Part shown: positions 25,101-37,289 of the stretch, piece by piece
How positions within the stretch are numbered: the stretch's first letter is position 1
Layout: every line of letters begins with the position of its first letter
Origin: Negaprion brevirostris
Lineage: Eukaryota
Reading direction: 5' to 3'
Assembly: GCA_030324005.1 (NCBI GenBank)
Contig: JARDVH010000115.1
Coordinates: 28,408,812 to 28,472,811, forward strand
DNA length: 64,000 nucleotides
Notes under the pieces: generated by a model
Databases searched by the model: none
What the model was told of the DNA's origin: nothing
What the model saw: the letters and a program-made list of their open reading frames with translations, nothing else
Program-made: the position numbers and the translations under genes

Positions 25101-26641
25101 TTGTGTCCCAGAGTCTCCAGCTATTGTGTTAGTATGTTGGTGTCTGCTGCCTTCAGGGCCTTGTGGTCACAAAGCTGTGTACAATCCCATTTAGAGCTTG
25201 GCCTTTTAAAAACAAATAGCTTTTTGATCCATTTCCCTTTGAATGCCACAACGGGATTCTCGGACATTGCTATTGACATATAGCTCCTTTCGGAGTTTGT
25301 GAAAAAATCTTTATTACAAATGTTTTGTGAGGAAACTCGACCACGAGCAAATGTCATTCCAGCATCAAATATCTTCTGAATGGATGAGGAGCATGTAGTG
25401 TGGAGGATTTCTGTTTTGTTCTAACTGTGAATTTTCACCCTTACCTTACCAGCAAATTGCTTCGGAAATGGCCATAAACAGATGGACAAAGTCAAGCGAG
25501 CGGGTGAACATTTGAAAAGTTTCAATGCTGCCAATGAAATGACACCAGCAATGTAGCGTTTTCAGCCATGGGCTTGGCGTGACTGCAGCAAGGCGTCACC
25601 ACACTGACTCCCAAAGGACAAAAGAGGGCAGGTTATTGTCTCTCTCCACCATGGGGCTTCACCAGTTCAACACACTGCCCATCTTTTTCCCCAGTCTATA
25701 TATATTTTTATTAAAACATTGATAATAAACCTCCGCGGGTTAGCATTATCCTCACACTTTCTACAGTAAAGTCATGTTCCCATCTGTTTTCTTTTCCCAA
25801 TGGAGGACGGGCTTGGCAAGATTCCGCAAATCTGAGGGACACTCCGGGGAGGGGCTGTGGCGGGGGGGCGGGTGCGGGGGGGTGGGGGGGGGAGAGGTGA
25901 CGAGAGGGGTTGCTGGAAGCTCCTTATGTCGTGCTCTCCCTCTGTTCAAAACTCCACACAATGCTGACAGCAGTCTGGGCTACAGTTCTTCAAAAGTCAG
26001 GCTAGTTTCTCTAGATTTGTCTGCACTGGGAATGAATACAACGGACAAGATACAATGCATGTTATTTGCTTCAGTGATGGATTGTTGGAATAATGGGTCC
26101 CCACTAATGGTGGCATCCTTGAAAATGTTACTTCTCACAATCTCAATGTGCTTCCTATCCTGAAAAATTAGACCCGGGCGATCTGGTCTAAGGAGGTTCA
26201 CTCGAATGTGCTTTGTAATCAACCGTTTCTAAATGAAAGCTCTGTAAGGGATGTGTTCTGGGCTAAACAGGTCTAGGCACAAAATAAAGTCCGATTACAT
26301 CCAGGCGGGAATACTTCCGACAGAAGTGTGATGAACTTTGCTGTTTGAGATTAACCTGATCGAGTTTCGGCATCAGTCTGTTTCCGACCCGTATCAGTCA
26401 ATTAATTTCTAAAAGTTGCTCATTAAACCCAGTGAAATGCACAGAAATCCCGGCTCCTTGTTACAGTGGGACCGTTTGTTATTGCCCGCCTTCATTGCAG
26501 CTATCTCTGTCACAATAGATAGCAAATCAGTCCGGACACGGTCAATACCGGGGTGAATGAAACTGCCTTCATCAACTGACAACAATGTGAATCTAGTCTC
26601 CACATTTGCAGGGATGTGAATACAGTAAATGCCAGTTTTAC

Positions 26642-26714
26642 CTTGAGTGAAGGCGCCAGCAATGAGGGTCAGAATGCAGCATGCTAACACCGGAGTAGCA
26701 GCAAGATGATCCAT
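26642..26714 (-). CDS. DLK1: DLK1 first coding exon, proximal copy A (signal peptide)
   Basis: GCAATGG Kozak context, MDHLAATPVLACCILTLIAGAFTQ-G, donor CAAG|gtaaaa in phase 1 matching exon 2. An in-frame upstream ATG is at 26726. It lies next to the CpG-enriched, CCAAT-containing region. Confidence 0.88.
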
Positions 26715-26849
26715 TGCTGTCTTCATGCTCTCAGCTTCCACTCCCGTTTCTATCAACCTAAACAGTTGTTAAAGGAGATTCACAATTCAGATGGAGACGA
26801 ATTAGCAGCGACACATCTGGCACCAGCAGACCCACATCTCACACACTGC

Positions 26850-27090
26850 CTCCCTGGGACCACTTTCATTCCTCTCTTTGCAATGGCAAAGTTAGCGATT
26901 CCCCTATGGATCGGCGGGTTTGCAATCAGATATTCCCGGCACAATCCACTCCTCCCCAACGCCTAGGTGAGGTCCGCAGACACAGTGATGCTCGACTGCC
27001 AATGAGACTCCTTACTCTCGGATGCAACACACCAATGGGACAGTTTGCATATTAATGCCCTCAGGTTGGGGCTGGGGTGTGAGACGNNNN
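26850..27090 (-). promoter_or_regulatory. Probable DLK1 proximal promoter region
   Basis: Lies directly upstream of exon 1 copy A. CpG density is visibly raised from about 25480 to 27260, and there are two CCAAT motifs (about 26999 and 27033). Confidence 0.5.
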
Positions 27091-27889
27091 NNNNAGACGG
27101 GGGGGAGGGGGTACATCACTTTCGACATTAAATTTGGTGCAAGGGGGCTTTCTTAACTTGGAGCTTCCCAGCCTTGTGGCGGTCAGTAGCTACTCCCCCG
27201 GACTGCAGCTTAAGGTGATGTGATCTGACTTCGAGCAGCTGTTGTCAGAGATGGCTGGAGTTTGATGTTTTTTACGCTCCAGCCTCCACATCAGATCCCA
27301 GAGCAGGAAGATGGATCAGATGTTGAGATCACTGTGTCCAAGCTGGAGTGAGAGGCAGCTGGGGGACACATGGGTCCACTCCAACACAAACTCTGCATAG
27401 TTTTCTACAGAGGGCTCGGGGTGAGGAATCTGTACACAAAGAAAAAACATCCTTCCAAACTAACCGGTTTATATACCACCGAGAATCTTACAACATAGAA
27501 GGGGTACTTCGGCCCATCCTGCCTTTGCCAGCTTTTTAAAGGAGTTGTCCAATTGTCCTCAGAGTTCTGCAAATGTTTCTCTTCCCCAAGTGCCTTTCCT
27601 TTTGAAAGTTACTCGACTTCCAGCACTCTTTCCGGCAGTACATTCCAGACCGTAACAAGACCCCGTGCATCTGGACTCGAAATTTCAGCTCTTTTCTCTC
27701 CTTATAGATGTTGCCAGACCTGCAGAGATTTTCCAGTCTTTTCTCCCATGCAAAACCACCCTGCCTCCTCCCCCCAGCACCCCCACCCCCGGCTCCCTTC
27801 TGGACTCTTTGCCAATCGACCGAATGACAATATTCTGAGTTTAGTCTTCACATTTGCAGGAATATGAACAAAATAAATGCCAGTTTTAC

Positions 27890-27962
27890 CTTGAGTGAAG
27901 CCGCCAGCAGTGAGGGTCAGAATGCAGCATGCTAACACCGGAGTAGCAGCAAAATGATCCAT
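27890..27962 (-). CDS. DLK1: DLK1 first coding exon, distal duplicate copy B (alternative signal peptide or pseudo-exon)
   Basis: MDHFAATPVLACCILTLTAGGFTQ-G with the same Kozak context and donor as copy A. Whether it is used cannot be told from sequence. Confidence 0.55.
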
Positions 27963-28509
27963 TGCTGCCTTCGTGATCTCAGTTTCCACTCCCGTTTCTA
28001 TCAACCTAAACAGTAGTTAAAGGAGGTTCACAATTCAGATGGAGATGAATTAACAGCGACGCATCCGGCACTAGCAGACTCACATCTCAACTTATTGACC
28101 TAAATAATGATTTTAACACATGATCAACTTTCTCAGCATTGTCTCAGTGACATGTGTTGAATGTTCTTATCTCTGCACCATGCCCCCCTTTGGCAAATTA
28201 TTCCAAATATGATTGCCCCCGGAATAAAGAGGACGTTCCAATTACCCCATTTTAATTTACTTTCTGCCCACTTAATCTGGATCAATTTTCCTCAGCTGAT
28301 GAGTTTACTTTGGACCATTTTCCATGTCTTCACTTTTCTATATCTCCCAAACATCTTAATAGACTAGAAAATGTAACATTTTCTCACTCTTCCCCTCTCT
28401 GGATTATCCTTTTCCTGATCTATATACTGGCACCACAGTGCCCATAACTGATTCAAATGCAATCCAATAATGCCTTTTTAAAAAACGTTACCACCAATCT
28501 CACATATTA

Positions 28510-29710
28510 TTAGTCATAGAGGTTTACAGCATGGAAACAGGCCCTTCTGCCCAATTTGTCCATGCCACCCTTTATTTTTAAAACCCCTAAGCTAGCACCA
28601 TTGCCCGCATTTGGCCCATATCCTTCTATACCCATTGTACCCATGTAACTATTTGAATGCTTTTGAAAAGACAAAGTTGTACCCACCTCTACTACTACCT
28701 CTGGCAGCTTGTTCCAGACACTCTCCACCCTCTGTGTGAAAAAATTACCTCTCTGGACACTTTTGTATCTGTCCCCACTCACCTTAAACCTATGCCCTCT
28801 AGTTTTAGACTTCCCTAACTTTGGGAAAAGATATTGACCATCTAGCTGATGTGTGCTACTCATTATTTTATAGACCTCTATAAGATCACCCCTCAGCCTC
28901 CTACGCTCTAGAGAAAGAAGTCCCAGTCTATCCAGCCTCTTCTTACAATTCAATCTATCAAGTCCTGGTAGCATCCTAGTAAATTTTTCCACTTTAATAA
29001 TATCCTTTCTATAATAGGGTGACCAGAATTGCACGCAATATTCCAAGTGTAGTCTTGCCAATGCCTTGTACAAGTTCAACAAGACATTCAATGTTCTGAC
29101 CAATGAAACCAAGCATGCCAAATGCCTTCTTCATCATACTGTCCACATGTNNNNNNNNNNNNNNNNNNNNNNNNNNNNNNNNNNNNNNNNNNNNNNNNNN
29201 NNNNNNNNNNNNNNNNNNNNNNNNNNNNNNNNNNNNNNNNNNNNNNNNNNNNNNNNNNNNNNNNNNNNNNNNNNNNNNNNNNNNNNNNNNNNNNNNNNNN
29301 NNNNNNNNNNNNNNNNNNNNNNCCACTGACCTAATTGATGAACATTCCATTGCAATTGGAGATAACCATCTTCATTGTCAACTATGCCACCAATCATGGT
29401 GCCATTTGCAAACGTGCTAACCATGCTCCTATATTCTCATCCAGGTCATTAATATAAATGACAAATAACAGTGGACCCAGCATGATGATCCCTGAGGCAT
29501 ACCGCAGGTCACAGGTCTCCAGTTTGAAAACAACTCTCTACAACCACCCACAGCCAATTTTGTATCCATACAGATCCGTCACCCTGGAACCCATGAGATT
29601 TAATCTTATGCAACAACCTACCATGCGGTACCTTGTCAAAGACCTTGCTAAAGTCCATGTAGATAACATCAACTGCACTGCTCTCATCTACCTTCTTGGT
29701 TACCCCTTAT
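28510..29710 (-). mobile_element. CR1 LINE ORF2 fragment (gapped)
   Basis: LYKALARLHLEYCVQFWSPYYRKDI...RRRLRGDLIEVYKIM and RT-domain remnants. Confidence 0.93.
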
Positions 29711-30479
29711 TATTCTGGCTAACAAATTCCCACAATCCTGTTAATGTAATTGCTTTGCAGATTGGAGATAAGAACTCTGCTATTCCTCTGAGCTCCAGTT
29801 GTCCTGAGTTGCCTTATGTTAATTCAGTTCTATTCATTATATGAGAACTGGGACTTTTTTAAACCAAAGTGCATTACTTTTCATTCCTTTTTGTTCAAAC
29901 TGATTTTCACAACTGATGGAAATTCTGCAGCGAGTATCTGGCTGCACCCTCTGTCTCGAATGCCCATTTTTGAGTCATCGACAAATTTCACAAATTAAGA
30001 TTTGCTTTTAGAACCTATGCCTTTTGTACGGGTTATGAGGAAGAGTGTTGAGACTGGATACTTCCTCTCGTTGTGTATACTGAGTCTATGTGATGCCAGT
30101 GAGTAAAACAACTACTTTATGCAACCTTCTACCCTGGAGTTTAGTTAGACTACTCATTTGAAACGCCACTGAAAGCTTTTGATGTGCTCTACTTAAGCTG
30201 TTCTACTTTCTTCCTGATGTCTTCAATCAAGAAAGTCCTAGTTCTGTGTTGAAGTTATTGCTGTGTAGCTATTATTCCTCCAGCCCAAGCTTTTAAACAC
30301 TTCCCCGCATTTATCATTTTAATAGAATACTGAGGTTGTTTTTGGTTGCTTCCACCCCTTCAGGTTCTCACCAAACCATAGCAATTGCTCACTGGTGTCA
30401 GCCATGGTTCCGCTGGCATCAGTCTGAACCTGCCGGTTCCACACACACCAGAGACTTGTACACCCATTTTTAGGTTGAC

Positions 30480-30712
30480 CTTTCAGTGCAGTATTAAGGG
30501 AGTGCAGCTGTCTTTCAGCTAAGATATTAAAATCAAAAACCAGAACCTCATCTGCTGTCTTAGATGGACATGTAAAAAGCAGCAGAGATTTCCTGTTCAA
30601 TGTGGAACAGGATTATAAAACGTGGTCATTATCGTATTGCTATTTGTGAGAGTTTACCAGTTCAAATTGGACATTGCATTTCCAACAACACAACAAAGAC
30701 TGCATTTCAACA
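30480..30712 (+). mobile_element. Decayed Deu-domain SINE (SacSINE/AmnSINE-like)
   Basis: ggtcattatcgtattgctatttgtgagag...gcatttccaac Deu-like core, homologous to 55372-55530. Confidence 0.55.
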
Positions 30713-30720
30713 GCTGTACT

Positions 30721-30780
30721 GCTGAGGATGTGTGTGGAAGGAGCACTGATATCAGTGCTCCTTCCACACACATTGTCAGC
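30721..30780. repeat. 60-bp spacerless palindrome
   Basis: Perfect 46-bp core at 30728-30773, extending to 60 bp with two mismatched pairs. Confidence 0.95.
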
Positions 30781-33545
30781 CACTTTAGGACTTGAACAGC
30801 AGGCTAGGTGTAAAGATTCGCATTCTAATCAGTAATCTCTAAACTGTCTGTGCTTTATATGCTCTGTCCGAGGCCAGAACTNNNNNNNNNNNNNNNNNNN
30901 NNNNNNNNNNNNNNNNNNNNNNNNNNNNNNNNNNNNNNNNNNNNNNNNNNNNNNNNNNNNNNNNNNNNNNNNNNNNNNNNNNNNNNNNNNNNNNNNNNNN
31001 NNNNNNNNNNNNNNNNNNNNNNNNNNNNNNNNNNNNNNNNNNNNNNNNNNNNNNNNNNNNNNNNNNNNNNNNNNNNNNNNNNNNNNNNNNNNNNNNNNNN
31101 NNNNNNNNNNNNNNNNNNNNNNNNNNNNNNNNNNNNNNNNNNNNNNNNNNNNNNNNNNNNNNNNNNNNNNNNNNNNNNNNNNNNNNNNNNNNNNNNNNNN
31201 NNNNNNNNNNNNNNNNNNNNNNNNNNNNNNNNNNNNNNNNNNNNNNNNNNNNNNNNNNNNNNNNNNNNNNNNNNNNNNNNNNNNNNNNNNNNNNNNNNNN
31301 NNNNNNNNNNNNNNNNNNNNNNNNNNNNNNNNNNNNNNNNNNNNNNNGCCTCCTAACCATTCTGTTATTTATAAGAACAGGGAAATCTAAACACTCACAT
31401 TCTAAATGTTTCGTGTGTTTAGATTGGAGCTCTTCATTGCAATCCTGTAGCCCTGACTCTCGAGGGGGCTCTGGGTAAAAGCAAATTACTGCGGATGCTG
31501 GAATCTCTTTTGGTTCCAGAGGGGACCCTGCAAGGATCGCAGAGAACGCCGGGTCATCATTTAGGTTTGAGCACTTGGGGGTATAACTAAAGTTTATTAG
31601 TGTGAAAAGTAGGCTTAAGTTAACACTGAAATGACATTACTGTGAGTACAGTCGGATGCAGGAATGCCACACTTTTACTTAAGACGCCACACACTAAGAC
31701 TTCATTCATTCTTGGGTGCGGAGCTCTATGCACGCCTGGTAACACATGCACCACTGTTGTATTCCATTGTACCCTTCCCAATGAATAATCGAATTATTGA
31801 AGTCGTAAATCAGTATTCCTCTTTTTTTTAAAAGTGACATTTTCCAAAAGGATGATCACCAAGGGGTCGGGGGTACACAGAAGTAAATGGTTCTGATAGA
31901 ACCAAGTTTCTCTGAGTTCAACAGTTCGCAAAGGAAATATCAATGACACTGCAAATCTACAACAATAAATTGTTGGAACTGATTCACAATCTTTCCAAGA
32001 ACTGCAAAGGCACGTTTTGTTCCCCTCAAATGATAGATGTCTTGGAGATTTTAAAGGCACTAATATTTTTAAGGTTTGCACATTTTGATTGAAGCATGAA
32101 ATTCAATACATCAGAAATGACACGGACTCTGCAGCATTTAGAAATGGTGCGTTCCACTATCCCTCTAAATGCAGCAGCAAAAATCAACCCACAAAGGACA
32201 GACATGGCTTCAACCTCACTTTTCTGTGGGTACAACATTCAGGTAAGAGTGTCAAAACTCAGCTCTCACCTTGTTTAATCAGATCATTAGAAAGGGGATG
32301 GGCGGGTGGGGGGGGGGGAGACACGTGAATTACCTTCCTTATGTTGGCCTCTTGGTTCTGATTCACTGAGTTGATTATATCTTCAATCTAAGAACAACCA
32401 GAGGCGTCGCTGTAATTTAATGAATCTCTCTGTAGTGTAGCGAGAATCAGTCTGTTCTCCTCAGGGTCAATTTACGTCTGACAACGTTCCCGTGAGGCGC
32501 CTTTGGAATTTGCCCAAGTTTAAAGGCGCTATATAAATGCAAATTACGGACTAGACGCTGTCTTGAAAGGCGTTAAGGTTGTTAGTTCCACCACCGGTGG
32601 CTGGGATCTGCGCCAAGCATTTGGAGAAGCTCTTCCTGCATTTTCAGTGGTTTTTTTTGCTATTCGTCATTTGTAAACTGTTCGAATTCTCTACATAAGA
32701 GGAAAGCTTACTTGAATCCGATTTTTCCAAAGCTTTTATCACTTTAAATATGCATATAATATTTCCCTCTCAATCTCTATTGAAGTGAAATGTCACCCAT
32801 GGTAGCCAATCTTTTCTCATGTGTCATTTCATTTTATGCTGCGACTAACTAGATACCCTCCTCTGTACCTATTCCAATTCCTGATTATCATTTCGGAAAT
32901 AGGAGTGCAACTCACCAGCACCCAACTTGTATTTAGAATGATCTCCCTGGATGTACATCATGTATCCCTTCTGATGGGGGGTGGCATAGAATTCTTAGGA
33001 TGAGGCCCTTTATTTTAGTTTTGCTATAATAAATAGACTGGGCTAAGGTAATTATAAAGTGTCTTACATATAGAGTGAGAATTCACAATGTGCACAGAAC
33101 AAAATGTGCCAAGGTATTACAAACTGCAAAGGTATTATAAACTGTACAGACACAAATTAACCAAGTATTATAAGCTTAAACTGTAATATCAATATCTATG
33201 TATTGTGCGCCTTGGCCAACTTAGTTCTGAATGCAGATCAACTTCTTTTAATGTAATGGAACACAGAAAGGCAGCTTCTGTTATCTGGTTTTGGATACAT
33301 GAAAACAAGTTTAATAATATGCCTGCTATTTAAGGGAATAAATTCATTCATGGTAGCAAGGCTGGAGCAGTCTCTCAAGCTGATAAAGGAGGCCCAGGTT
33401 CCAGCAAAGAGTGACTCCTTTCACCAGTTAAAAATCACAGATGTTAGTTATGGCCTTGGTTACTGGTAATGACCTGGGTTAGGTTTCCTAGGTAAAGGGG
33501 AAGGGACCGAGATGGGCAATACTTTTTTTTCTTTGTTCTTTTAGT

Positions 33546-33867
33546 CAGAAGCTTTTTCCCAGGGCGGAAGAGTCAATTACTAGGGGGCAGAGGTTTAAAG
33601 TGCGAGGGGAGAGGCTTAGAGGAGAAGTTTTTTTACACAGAGAATAGTGGGTGCCTGGAACTTGTTGGCAGGAGAGGTGATAGAAGCAAATCTGATAGTG
33701 AGTTTTAAGGGGTGTCTGGACAAATACATGAATAGGATGAGAATACAGAGATATGGTCCCTGGAAGGGTAGGGGGTTTTAGTTCAATCAGGCAACGTGGT
33801 CGATGCAGGCTTGGAGGGCTGAAGGGCCTGTTCCTGTGCTCTAACTTTTTTTTGTTCCTTGTTCTTT
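33546..33867 (+). mobile_element. CR1 3' fragment
   Basis: Homologous to 18840-19190, including the tail. Confidence 0.85.
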
Positions 33868-34677
33868 TAAGCTAATAATCTATTTCTGTTGACAGGTGGA
33901 ACGTTATTGGCTAAGATAATAATGTGTGATGTTGTGATTGGGCCCTCCAGTCTGATTGATAAGACTAGGCAGGATATTGAAACGTCCAGAATATTACAAT
34001 AATTTTCTCTTGCAATACTAGCTCAGAGAGGACAGTCAACACTCATTGACTATGTCTCCCTCCTATGCATGTATTAGCAAATAAATTCCTTTTTGTTCTT
34101 TAACTATATACAGTCTTTTGCAGTCTATATACTGGTTGAGTGAGGTCCGACAAGTACAGAGCCTCCCAGGGAACACATTCAGAAAATTCCTCTTACACCT
34201 TCCTCTTATTACAACATTCTGTTTGCTTCAAGAGCCTGGGTATGTTCTGTTTCTAATGACCTATTTACAGAAACTGCAAGTTCTCTCTCTTGCTCCAATA
34301 TATTCCCATCTGGCACATGATTCACATCAATGTTCCCCCTGCTAAATCTTGTAACTTTCCATTTCCCTGTTCCAAGCTGCACCTGTCATTACCCTGCCCA
34401 CTGATCAAGCTGTCAACATCTTTTGTATTTCTGCACTTTGAGAGATTTGCTGCGCAGGCTTAGTATGCACTACAATATATTTGAAGTGCCAATGTTTATC
34501 TCTTGCACAGCTGTTTTGCATAGTCTGGCTTTGTTGAAAATCATAACTGAAACCTCAGCAACATCTGCTACCTTCTCAAAGAATCCATGAAGTTTGCCAG
34601 TTATGCTAACTGATCTATAATTATCCAGATGAGCCCCAGCTCCCTTGTCAGAAAAGGGTGCAGTTCCCATCACTTTT

Positions 34678-34975
34678 AGGGGAGCACAGTGGGTATCTCT
34701 GCTGCCTCAGAGCGCCAGGGACTCGGGTTCGATTCATGGCTTGGTTCACTGTCTGAGTGGAGTCTGCATGTTCTCCCTATGTCTGTATGGGTTTCCTCTG
34801 GGTGTTCTGGTTTCCTCCCACAGTCCAAAGGAGTGCAGGTTAAGTGCATTGCCCATGCTAAATTCTTCCTCAGTATACTTGGACAGGCACCAGAGTGTGG
34901 CGACTAGGGGATTTTCACAGTAACTTCAATGCAGTGTGAATGTAAGCCTACATGTGACTAATAAATAAACTTTAT
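34678..34975 (+). mobile_element. HE1-like SINE variant
   Basis: B-box gggttcgattc, shared body, tail gactaataaataaacttt. Confidence 0.88.
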
Positions 34976-35089
34976 TTTACTTATACTTTTAATAGGTGTG
35001 TTTGTGTGAACAAAAGTTTCCCGGCTGATACAACACTTACACAGATGGTGTTAGTGACTATGCATCACAGCCTTACTATTGGGATCTAC

Positions 35090-35305
35090 CATTAGAGAGC
35101 TGGTTCACTTTGGCAGGAAGAATAAAACAAGTATTACTTAAATGGAGAATGACTGCAGAAATCTGGGATGCAGGAGGATCCGGGTGTCCTAGCACATAAG
35201 TCATAAGAAGTCAGTATACAGGTGCAACACATTATCAAGAAGGTAAATGGAATGCTATCTTTTATTATGAGAGGGATTGGACAGTAAGGATGTTATACTT
35301 CAGTT
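35090..35305 (+). mobile_element. CR1 internal fragment
   Basis: VHFGRKN...YYLNGE.LQ...DPGVL...KKVNGML-type remnant. Confidence 0.7.
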
Positions 35306-35382
35306 AGTAAGAAGTCTCACAACACCAGGTTAAAGTCCAACAGGTTTATTTGGTAGTAAACGCCACAAGCTTTCGGGGCTCT
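35306..35382 (-). mobile_element. Penelope-like terminal repeat running into a gap
   Basis: Reverse complement of the 54955-55030 terminus. Confidence 0.75.
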
Positions 35383-36439
35383 NNNNNNNNNNNNNNNNNN
35401 NNNNNNNNNNNNNNNNNNNNNNNNNNNNNNNNNNNNNNNNNNNNNNNNNNNNNNNNNNNNNNNNNNNNNNNNNNNNNNNNNNNNNNNNNNNNNNNNNNNN
35501 NNNNNNNNNNNNNNNNNNNNTGACTGGATGGATGGGGGAAGGACGTTTTCTTTTGTGGCTGAATCCAGGCCTGGGGGTGGGGTGGAGTGGGGGAGGGGAA
35601 GGAGTGGGGAAGGGGGGCTGGTGGAAGCATGTTTCCTTATGTTAAGATTGCAGTGCATAGGCTGCTAGGTCAGTGAAAAGGACAGTGCATTGAGAGGACC
35701 AGCACCGGGTTAGCTCAGTGGCAAAGGCTGGTGACCAGGGTGCAGGCCAAATTGAGAGCAAGTGAGTGAGAAATCAAAATAAAAAACATAAAAATCAGCC
35801 AGAGAAGTTAGAATTACAATGGGCAGCTCTGGGAGCTGCTGAATAATAAATTGAATAAAACATGGAGGAAGGTCAAAGAATATTATTAAATCCAGACAAG
35901 ATTCCCCAATTTGAATTGGAATGTAGCCAGCCTAATAAATGAATTTAAAATGTGTACCCAGTTTGCAGGGATCTGGTTTCTTGATTCAGATGTGTGTGAA
36001 CTAGCTAAACAAGCAACAAAAAAATCACCTAGTGATGGGGAATGGAAGTGCATACAGGCTGAACATGTCAGGATTGACAGCACAAGAACTTAAGTATCCC
36101 TGAAAGATATGGACAACAATGGAAGCTAGGTTCAGAATCAGGTTAAAACTTTCGTATTCAGTGACCACAGTTCATGTCATTCCAGCCACAAGTACAGAAT
36201 CCAGGGAGCGCTCCATCAGCACATGCAGAGAAAAAAGTGCAGATAGTGTTTTCAAACATAGAGTTAGCAAACAGAATTAATCACATCGACACACATGAAA
36301 GAATTCCAGAAAAAAATCTGCTCGACAAGTCCAAAACGTATAGCATAGAAGAAACTACTCAAGGATGGATTTAAGCACGAAGCGATCCTCAGGTCGATGA
36401 ACTTTAAAGGTCCCAAATATAACCCTAATTACTACTTTT

Positions 36440-37225
36440 AATTTGTTCAGAGGATGTGAGCATCACTGTCTAGCATTTATTACCCATCTTTAATTGCCCA
36501 GAGAAGGTGAGGGCGAACTGTCTTCTTGAACTGCTACAGTTCATGTTGTACAGGTAGACCTACCATGCTATTAGGGAAGGAGTTCCAGGATTTTGACCCA
36601 GCAACATAAAGGAACAGCGATATGTTCCCAAATCAGGATGGTGAGCAGCTTGGAGGGGCAATTTTCAGGTGATGGTGTTCCCAGTATGAATCTGCTGCCC
36701 TTGTCTTTTTTAGTTGGTAGTTGTCATGGGCTTGGAAGGTGCTACCTAAGGAGCCTTGATGAGTTCCTGCTATGCAACTTGTAGATGATAACATTGTTAC
36801 CATTATGAGTCTGTGGTGGGGGAATTAAATATCTGTGAATGGTGTGCCAATCAGGGCTGCTTTGCCCTGGGGATGGTGTCAAGTTTCTTGTGCTGTTGGA
36901 GCTGCATTCATCTAGATAATTGGAGAGTATTCCATCACACTCCTGACTTGTGCCTTGTAGATATTATAGGTTTTGGGGACTCAGGAAGCGAGTCACTCAA
37001 TAGCTGCAATATTTATCTGGCTAATCTAGTTAAGTTTATGGTCAGTGGTAACTCCCAGGATGCTGATGGGGGGGATTCAGTGATGGGAATGCCACTGATT
37101 GTCAAGGGTTGATGGTTAGAATCTCTCCTCTTGGAGATGGTCATCACCCAGCAACGTGTGGCATGAAGGCTACTTACCATCCCAACTCTGGATATTGTCC
37201 AGGTATTGCTACATTTGGACATGGG
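36440..37225 (-). mobile_element. Decayed L2/CR1-group LINE 3' part
   Basis: Colinear homology with 16115-16910. Confidence 0.75.
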
Positions 37226-37289
37226 TTGCTATTGATTTACTCACTAGAACATTCAAACTTAGCCAGCCATGTGGAAGGAGCAGCTTTCT

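Larger units (their letters stand above)
6798..27962 (-). other. DLK1: DLK1 gene span (stop codon to the more distal candidate ATG), 5 coding exons
   Basis: Spliced exons give a signal peptide, 6 EGF-like repeats, a stalk, a TM helix and a short tail. There is no DSL domain. Exon sizes 73/64/131/145/757 nt and intron phases 1,2,1,2 fit the DLK exon layout. Confidence 0.95.

Noticed and set aside
6798-26714. Identity as DLK2, DLL/Delta or Notch
   Set aside because: There is no DSL or MNNL domain and only six EGF repeats, and the TM and tail motifs match DLK1.
32490-32545. TATA-box promoter (ggcgctatataaatgcaa) in a CpG-containing patch
   Set aside because: The motif matches the typical 3' tail of Deu-domain SINEs, so it is more simply a SINE remnant.
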